Below the pieces are notes generated by a model, which was given only the letters and a program-made list of their open reading frames with translations, was not told where the DNA came from and ran no database searches. Positions 59,068 through 64,000 of a stretch of DNA of 64,000 nt are shown piece after piece. The translations under genes were made by a program, and so were the position numbers. Numbering within the stretch: position 1 is the first letter of the stretch; each line of letters starts with the position of its first letter. Source of the stretch: a virus; the IMG/VR virus record IMGVR_UViG_3300026290_000011, positions 90 to 64,089 of that record; one strand, written 5' to 3'.

Positions 59068-59842
59068 TTTTCGGGCTGATTTGCTTGTTGGGCTGCCGAC
59101 AATAAACGTAAACGAAATTACTCTTGGCGATAGTTTAGAGCTGTGTGAGCGAATACCCGCCAAAACCGTTGACTTGATACTTGAGGACATGCCTTACAAT
59201 ACAACTGCTTGCGGCTGGGATAAAAAGATTGATTTAGAACTTTACTGGAAAACAAGATTAAGAATATTAAAGCCAACGGGCGTAGTAGTTTTGACAGCGA
59301 GCCAGCCGTTTACCGCTGAGTTGTTAATGAGTAACAAAACAATGTTCAAATATGAATGGATTTGGAAACGCGATAGAGTAACGGGATTTTTGAATGCTAA
59401 AATTATGCCGATGAAAGAACACGAATCAATTTTAGTGTTCGCAGAAAAAATACAAAAATATTATCCAATAAAATGGCTTGGCAGGAAAGCGCATAAGAAA
59501 GGAAAAATTGTTGGGAAAAAGGTAAACGGCGGAACTTATGGAAATTTTACTGCGGTTGATAGCATAAATGACTGGAAATACCCGACAAGTATTTTAGAAT
59601 TTGATAGACCTCATCCACCGATACACCCAACGCAAAAGCCCGTTGGCTTATTCGAATATTTGATTAGAACTTATACTGATGAGAACGATTTAGTATTTGA
59701 CGGTTTTGGCGGAAGTGGGACAACCGCTATTGCTTGCCATAGAAGCAAACGAAATTTTATCGTGATTGAGAAAGGATATACATATTATGACTTAGCAACA
59801 AAGCGGTTGGACAATGAGCGAACACAACTTAGTTTATTGTAA
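58994..59842 (+). CDS. Cassette 16 gene, beta-class DNA methyltransferase
   Basis: LEDMPY, HPTQKP, DGFGGSGTT; start probably nearer 59058. Confidence 0.88.
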   Translation: MLQMLKDKLMRCAGMNILTQPMKDSFRADLLVGLPTINVNEITLGDSLELCERIPAKTVDLILEDMPYNTTACGWDKKIDLELYWKTRLRILKPTGVVVLTASQPFTAELLMSNKTMFKYEWIWKRDRVTGFLNAKIMPMKEHESILVFAEKIQKYYPIKWLGRKAHKKGKIVGKKVNGGTYGNFTAVDSINDWKYPTSILEFDRPHPPIHPTQKPVGLFEYLIRTYTDENDLVFDGFGGSGTTAIACHRSKRNFIVIEKGYTYYDLATKRLDNERTQLSLL

Positions 59843-59903
59843 CGAGGTCAGCCCAACTATGTAATGACCAGACTAATTTGCAACGAAACGTTTATAAGGT
59901 ATT

Positions 59904-60107
59904 ATGAAAAAAGAGGTTAGTATAAAAACCATAAGATTAAACATTATAATAGAGCATCACAATGGTTTGATTGAAAGACATAACTTCTTAATAACCGGGT
60001 TTCTATTCCGGTTGCGACACTTGATTTATAATAAAAAGTTTTACTTAAGAACTTCAACAGAAATAAGAAATTGGATAGGTGATTTGTTACAGGGTATTAG
60101 GGAATAA
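59904..60107 (+). CDS. Hypothetical protein
   Basis: First ORF after the array. Confidence 0.45.
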   Translation: MKKEVSIKTIRLNIIIEHHNGLIERHNFLITGFLFRLRHLIYNKKFYLRTSTEIRNWIGDLLQGIRE

Positions 60108-60118
60108 GGAGAAAAGAA

Positions 60119-60550
60119 ATGTATGTAGAGAAAAAATTTAAGTACTATAAAAAACAGAACAAGTATAAAAATAAAATAATTGTAAACAACGGTCAAAAAT
60201 ACGATTCTATTCTTGAGAGCAAGGTTGGGCAAGACTTAGAAATTCTCAAAAAGGCGGGTGAGATAAAAGATTATGAGAGGCAAGTAAAAGTTGAGTTCAA
60301 CTTTATTTTTCAAGAAAATGGTGAAATTATATTTACTACCGAACCACGATTAGAATTAAAGAACTCTAATAAAGAAGTAATGCACTTGTTCAATTATTTT
60401 GTTGACTTTAAGGTATACCATAACGATGATATGATCGAGTTTATAGAAGTAAAGGGGATGTGGATAGAACCAGGTTTAACAAAGTTTAAGTTACTTGAAA
60501 TTTATCTTAAGAATAAACCAGAATATAAATTAACAGTAATGAAAAAATAG
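60119..60550 (+). CDS. DUF1064-like endonuclease
   Basis: YDSILE...YFVDF...IEVKG. Confidence 0.7.
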   Translation: MYVEKKFKYYKKQNKYKNKIIVNNGQKYDSILESKVGQDLEILKKAGEIKDYERQVKVEFNFIFQENGEIIFTTEPRLELKNSNKEVMHLFNYFVDFKVYHNDDMIEFIEVKGMWIEPGLTKFKLLEIYLKNKPEYKLTVMKK

Positions 60551-60646
60551 TAAAAATAAGTTAACAGAAATGAATAATAATAATTATATTGTTACTACAT
60601 TTCTATTAATCTTGGTCTTTCAAATAACAAAAATAATGGTGTAGTA

Positions 60647-61447
60647 TTGGAAGATGGATGGGTTAAAATTTATAGAAGAATACAAAGAAAATCCTATTAT
60701 AAAAAGTCTCACTATGTTCATCTTTGGATTCACTTATTATTAAAAGCTAATCACAAGGAGAATGAATTTATGTGGAATAATCAGACAATACTTATCCGGG
60801 AGGGTCAGTTTTTAACAGGCAGGAAAGAACTTAGCAAAGAAACGGGAATTTCAGAAACTACCGTCGAGAGAATACTCAAAATGCTCGAAAACGAACAACA
60901 AATTATTCAAGAAAAAACCACAAAATTTCGTATAATCACAATAATTAATTGGAAAGAATATCAAGGCGGACAACAGACGGACAACAAACGGACAACAGAC
61001 GGACAACAAACGGACACAAACAAGAATGATAAGAATGATAAGAATGATAAGAACTTAGTGGGGAGCGATAAACTTGAATATTTTGAATCTATATTTAATA
61101 TCCAAATTCCACCAGAACACCTAAACGCCTGGAGAACCTGGATTGAGTGGAAAGCAGAGAATGATAAACCGATAAAACGAATCGGTGCGCAAAGCGATAT
61201 TCAAATTCTTAAAGATGCAATGAGAGAAAGAATAAGTCCTACCAATTTGATAAAAGAAGCCATAGATAACAAACACGCCGGAATGAGAATAACCCTAAAT
61301 AAATTAATTGAGAAAAAAAATGGAAAAACAAAAAGCGATAGTACCACTTTCAGAAAATTTGCAAAAGGTTCAACTTCTATTGAGGACATCAACGCCGGGC
61401 TTAGTAAAGCATTCGCAAAAGACACAGTTGGAAGCGGGGAAATGTAA
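60647..61447 (+). CDS. Replication initiator (lambda O-like)
   Basis: GWVKIYRRI...HLWIHLLLKANH...GQFLTGRKELSKETG; contains internal iterons. Confidence 0.85.
   Translation: MEDGWVKIYRRIQRKSYYKKSHYVHLWIHLLLKANHKENEFMWNNQTILIREGQFLTGRKELSKETGISETTVERILKMLENEQQIIQEKTTKFRIITIINWKEYQGGQQTDNKRTTDGQQTDTNKNDKNDKNDKNLVGSDKLEYFESIFNIQIPPEHLNAWRTWIEWKAENDKPIKRIGAQSDIQILKDAMRERISPTNLIKEAIDNKHAGMRITLNKLIEKKNGKTKSDSTTFRKFAKGSTSIEDINAGLSKAFAKDTVGSGEM
60967..61053 (+). repeat. Origin iterons within the initiator gene
   Basis: CGGACAACARA x4 plus a partial copy, then AAGAATGAT x3. Confidence 0.75.
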
Positions 61448-62009
61448 ACCTGTATTTGTTGACGGAGATTTATATTATTCGACTGATTTAACATTTACTG
61501 AAGTTCATATAAAGTGCCGTGAGCTTGGATTAAAAAAAATGATAAACATTTCTGATGAGACTATTCAAATATGGTATATCGAATTTTTAAGAGAGAAATG
61601 GAGTAGCCAAAAATTCAACCAAAGAATTTCAGAAATGCGAAACATAAAAACCTATGGAGAAAGAATTGATATTGCAGATTGGTTTGAAAAAGAAGCTATG
61701 TATACGCCTATGCAAGTGGCTAACATCGTAGAACGGAAAATAAATAGTTTGATTAGAGAAGCTGAAAAAATATTATGTGATAAAATAATTGAGGTTGAAC
61801 TACAACCCTTGAAAATAAATTTAGAATCAGTTAGATATAAAATTGCAAAGACAATAACTACTTACTACAACAACGAATGCGAAGCAAAAGCAACAGAACT
61901 TTTTGAAATTATGTTGCCTGCAATATTAGAAAAATTGGGACTTAAAAAAGAAGCCGATAATTCTAAAATAGGAATCGGTTCAAGACTAAAATCAAAACTA
62001 TATTTTTGA
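61308..62009 (+). CDS. Replication-associated hypothetical protein (helicase-loader position; start probably 61320)
   Basis: Overlaps the initiator 3' end; no clear ATPase motif. Confidence 0.4.
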   Translation: MRKKMEKQKAIVPLSENLQKVQLLLRTSTPGLVKHSQKTQLEAGKCKPVFVDGDLYYSTDLTFTEVHIKCRELGLKKMINISDETIQIWYIEFLREKWSSQKFNQRISEMRNIKTYGERIDIADWFEKEAMYTPMQVANIVERKINSLIREAEKILCDKIIEVELQPLKINLESVRYKIAKTITTYYNNECEAKATELFEIMLPAILEKLGLKKEADNSKIGIGSRLKSKLYF

Positions 62010-62016
62010 GGTTGAC

Positions 62017-62217
62017 ATGACTGAAGAAAAACAAAAAGAACGAGATGAAAAAGTAAAGCAGTATAGGAAAGAGAAACTTCGTTTAGCAAAAGCAATCAAT
62101 CTGATTGATGAAGAAAGTAAATGTATAAAGAACAAAAAGGTAAGGTTAGGAATTGTTTATGCTACGGCTGTACTCCAGGATCGTTTAGAAGAAATAAGGG
62201 AGATTAAGAAATGTTGA
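62017..62217 (+). CDS. Hypothetical protein
   Basis: GAGG RBS. Confidence 0.55.
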   Translation: MTEEKQKERDEKVKQYRKEKLRLAKAINLIDEESKCIKNKKVRLGIVYATAVLQDRLEEIREIKKC

Positions 62218-62636
62218 CAAATGTTATTTATGAAAGTTTGAGTTATGAATTATTATTACAAGAATCATCGTCGCTTAAACAAAGAAAATCTGAAGTTGAG
62301 AATTTATTAACAGAATTAAAAATGCAGAACTTTGGAAAAACTCGTTGGGACAATAAAGACTGGGACTTGAAAACACGATATGGTGCGGAGTTAATGCGGT
62401 TAAACTATACCATTTCAAAAATAAGTTTAATAATTAAACACAAGCGAGTTGAAGCTGATAAAAGGTTTGCAAGCGAAGAATTAGATGTAAGAAATGGGAA
62501 CCATTTATTGCGCTGGTCTTTAAGGATTATAAGAAGCAATATTTCCATAGATGAATTGGACGAAAGAGATAAAACGATTTACAATATAGCCCAAGAAAAA
62601 CTAATGAATTATTTTGGAGCTTCGAGGTATATGTGA
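62211..62636 (+). CDS. Hypothetical protein
   Basis: Overlap coupling with the upstream gene. Confidence 0.55.
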   Translation: MLTNVIYESLSYELLLQESSSLKQRKSEVENLLTELKMQNFGKTRWDNKDWDLKTRYGAELMRLNYTISKISLIIKHKRVEADKRFASEELDVRNGNHLLRWSLRIIRSNISIDELDERDKTIYNIAQEKLMNYFGASRYM

Positions 62637-62665
62637 TTTTATAAAATAAAAACAAGGTATGTAAG

Positions 62666-62968
62666 ATGGAAATTACACACAGCATTGAAGAGGTTGCTCC
62701 TGTATTGACAAACACTAATCCGGCAGAATATCTACTACACCTAACGGCACGTGGCAATTATCAAGAAATACACTGGTTAGCCAGACAGTTAGAGGGACTT
62801 AGTGAAACTGATGGAACTTTGATAAATGTTTATGAGGACTATATAAGACTTTTAGCATCTGAAATTGAAGAGTTGGCTCCGATAGCACAATTACATGGAT
62901 GGTCGAGTACGAAGATAAAGCAAGGTTTAGAATTAAGAAATAAAATAAATGATTTGAAAAATCTTTAA
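62666..62968 (+). CDS. Hypothetical protein
   Basis: ORF in the operon. Confidence 0.5.
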   Translation: MEITHSIEEVAPVLTNTNPAEYLLHLTARGNYQEIHWLARQLEGLSETDGTLINVYEDYIRLLASEIEELAPIAQLHGWSSTKIKQGLELRNKINDLKNL

Positions 62969-62981
62969 TTAGGAGTGTAAC

Positions 62982-63290
62982 ATGATTAATATTTTTAAGA
63001 ATTTTTATAATCCACAGTTCAAACAGAAAACAAAATATTATGACCGGGATAGTCAATTCGAGAAAGCATATAAGCACGCAATGAAAGTATTACAAGATCA
63101 CATTAATAAAACAAAACAAGATGCTGAACGTTGGCTTAAAGAAAATAACAATAAAGAAAGTTATGAACACAAAAAAATGAAAGCACAATTTTTACATACA
63201 GCTAAAAGAATTATAGAAGAAAACATAAAGATTTACTTACAACATCCAGAAACCTTAGAGAGCAATGAAGATGAAAAAAAATCTAATTAA
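62982..63290 (+). CDS. Hypothetical protein
   Basis: AGGAG RBS. Confidence 0.55.
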   Translation: MINIFKNFYNPQFKQKTKYYDRDSQFEKAYKHAMKVLQDHINKTKQDAERWLKENNNKESYEHKKMKAQFLHTAKRIIEENIKIYLQHPETLESNEDEKKSN

Positions 63291-63666
63291 ACTAATCGTT
63301 CGTTTGTTAAAGTTTTTGAATCTTTTTATAAAAAGACTTATCGGGAAAAGACGCTACACTGGGTTTAGGGACTGTAATGACAAAAAGATATTTGAGGGTG
63401 ATTTTATTTTAATAAGAAACGGATGGGGCAGATTATTCGAAAATCAAAAGCGTCCTCATACATCTCTCCACATAGTAAGAAGGTATAAAAAAGAGTGGTG
63501 TATGTTTGGGGTAGACGTGGTTAATGATGAAGGCAGATGTTCTATTAATATACTAAGCCAGAATTGGTTTGAATATGATTGTTACCCTGCATTTGTAATT
63601 AGTAATATTTATAATAGTCCAGAATTATTATCACCAGAAGTCAGGGAATATATTATTCACTTATGA
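63265..63666 (+). CDS. YopX-family protein
   Basis: YTGFRDCNDKKIFEGD...VISNIYNSPELL. Confidence 0.75.
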   Translation: MKMKKNLIKLIVRLLKFLNLFIKRLIGKRRYTGFRDCNDKKIFEGDFILIRNGWGRLFENQKRPHTSLHIVRRYKKEWCMFGVDVVNDEGRCSINILSQNWFEYDCYPAFVISNIYNSPELLSPEVREYIIHL

Positions 63667-63854
63667 AACTATTTTGTAAAATATTAGGTCATAAGTGGTT
63701 CACTGAAAAAGAGAATGTTTATATGGAGTTTACCAATGAAGAGAAAAACATTCTGAACATAATAAAGAAACCTTGTAAATTAAAGTTACTAAAATGCAAG
63801 AGATGTAAAGAAAAAAAAGTAATTTTTTTATCAAGGAAAGGAAAAGAGAAATGA
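63663..63854 (+). CDS. DUF1660-like small protein
   Basis: MKLFCKILGHKW...CKRC. Confidence 0.6.
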   Translation: MKLFCKILGHKWFTEKENVYMEFTNEEKNILNIIKKPCKLKLLKCKRCKEKKVIFLSRKGKEK

Positions 63855-64000
63855 AAATTAGAAGAAATAAGGGGCGGGGCAATTGAATAAAGAATTAAAA
63901 CAAAGTGAAATAAGATTTATGCCCTTTACAGATTACTTAGTGAAGGAAAGTTAAAAAAGTAAAACCGATTCACCCTCCCCACTTGCATTTCATTAATTAT

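Larger units (their letters stand above)
51210..59856. mobile_element. Array of 16 integron-like gene cassettes with inverted, oversized attC-like sites
   Basis: 17 RYYYAAC-type cores delimit the units. Each unit has an L-type hairpin with a bulged G (A in units 1/13) exactly 8 nt before a GTT core (TTT in units 2/14). Unit starts: 51210, 51588, 51980, 52413, 52872, 53284, 53643, 54494, 55349, 56049, 56405, 56820, 57502, 57880, 58272, 58744. Confidence 0.85.

Noticed and set aside
51393-59087. Conventional integron orientation (cassettes starting at G|TT on +)
   Set aside because: The bulged G lies on the GTT-proximal arm, the duplication starts at TAAC, and brackets pair within AA|C-defined units.
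51210-59856. CRISPR array or REP/ERIC-type repeats
   Set aside because: The repeats are not identical direct repeats with uniform spacers and there are no cas genes; the structure is paired arms around genes.
59904-59930. 17th cassette at GAGGTTAGTAT (MKKEVSIK)
   Set aside because: No L-arm pair with the right spacing and no closing ACTAAC bracket downstream.
267-63077. Numerous minus-strand ORFs antisense to long plus-strand genes (e.g. 7629-8039, 33191-33583, 48214-48702, 54640-55200, 55589-56170)
   Set aside because: Fully overlap motif-supported genes, lack RBSs and have shadow-like composition.
63897-63990. Shared short words AAACAAAGTGAAA (6528 and 63898) and ACTTGCATTT (7201 and 63981) as late-promoter motifs
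   Set aside because: Only two copies each in AT-rich DNA; chance cannot be excluded.
1-64000. Alternative genetic code (stop-codon reassignment)
   Set aside because: Long genes are intact in the standard code and use TAA, TAG and TGA as stops; the tRNA anticodon is GUA, not a CUA/UCA suppressor.

Overview
The window is most of a tailed dsDNA phage genome with podovirus/P22-like gene order. It runs terS (partial), terL, portal, scaffold, DUF4043/N4-gp56-like capsid, four adaptor/ring paralogues, nozzle, tail fibres, lysis (GH19), ejection proteins and a 3883-aa polyvalent protein. A rightward early arm follows with Cro-like HTH, exonuclease, ERF, SSB, RNA ligase and a lambda-O-like initiator with iterons. 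TAnnTTTG promoter boxes and signal peptides ending before Gln hint at an FCB-group host (inference). No integrase, CI repressor or DNA polymerase is visible. Three things stand out. (1) 51210-59856 is an array of 16 integron-like cassettes whose attC-like sites are inverted relative to the genes and have 120-345 bp core-to-core spans containing gene starts or whole genes. They also carry extra outer pairing arms with a conserved bulged T. An exact 800-bp duplication starts at a core, five DNA methyltransferases are cargo, and no IntI is in view. (2) A 26-28 nt RNA hairpin with compensatory changes in both helices overlaps the 5' arm of four intrinsic terminators, a candidate antitermination switch. 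(3) An intact IS1-family element (18-bp TIRs, 8-bp TSD) splits an HNH gene. It carries one copy of that RNA switch and two tRNA-like genes whose acceptor identity (Ser-like, Ala-like) conflicts with their anticodons (Tyr, Gly). All calls were made by eye from motifs; no database search was run.
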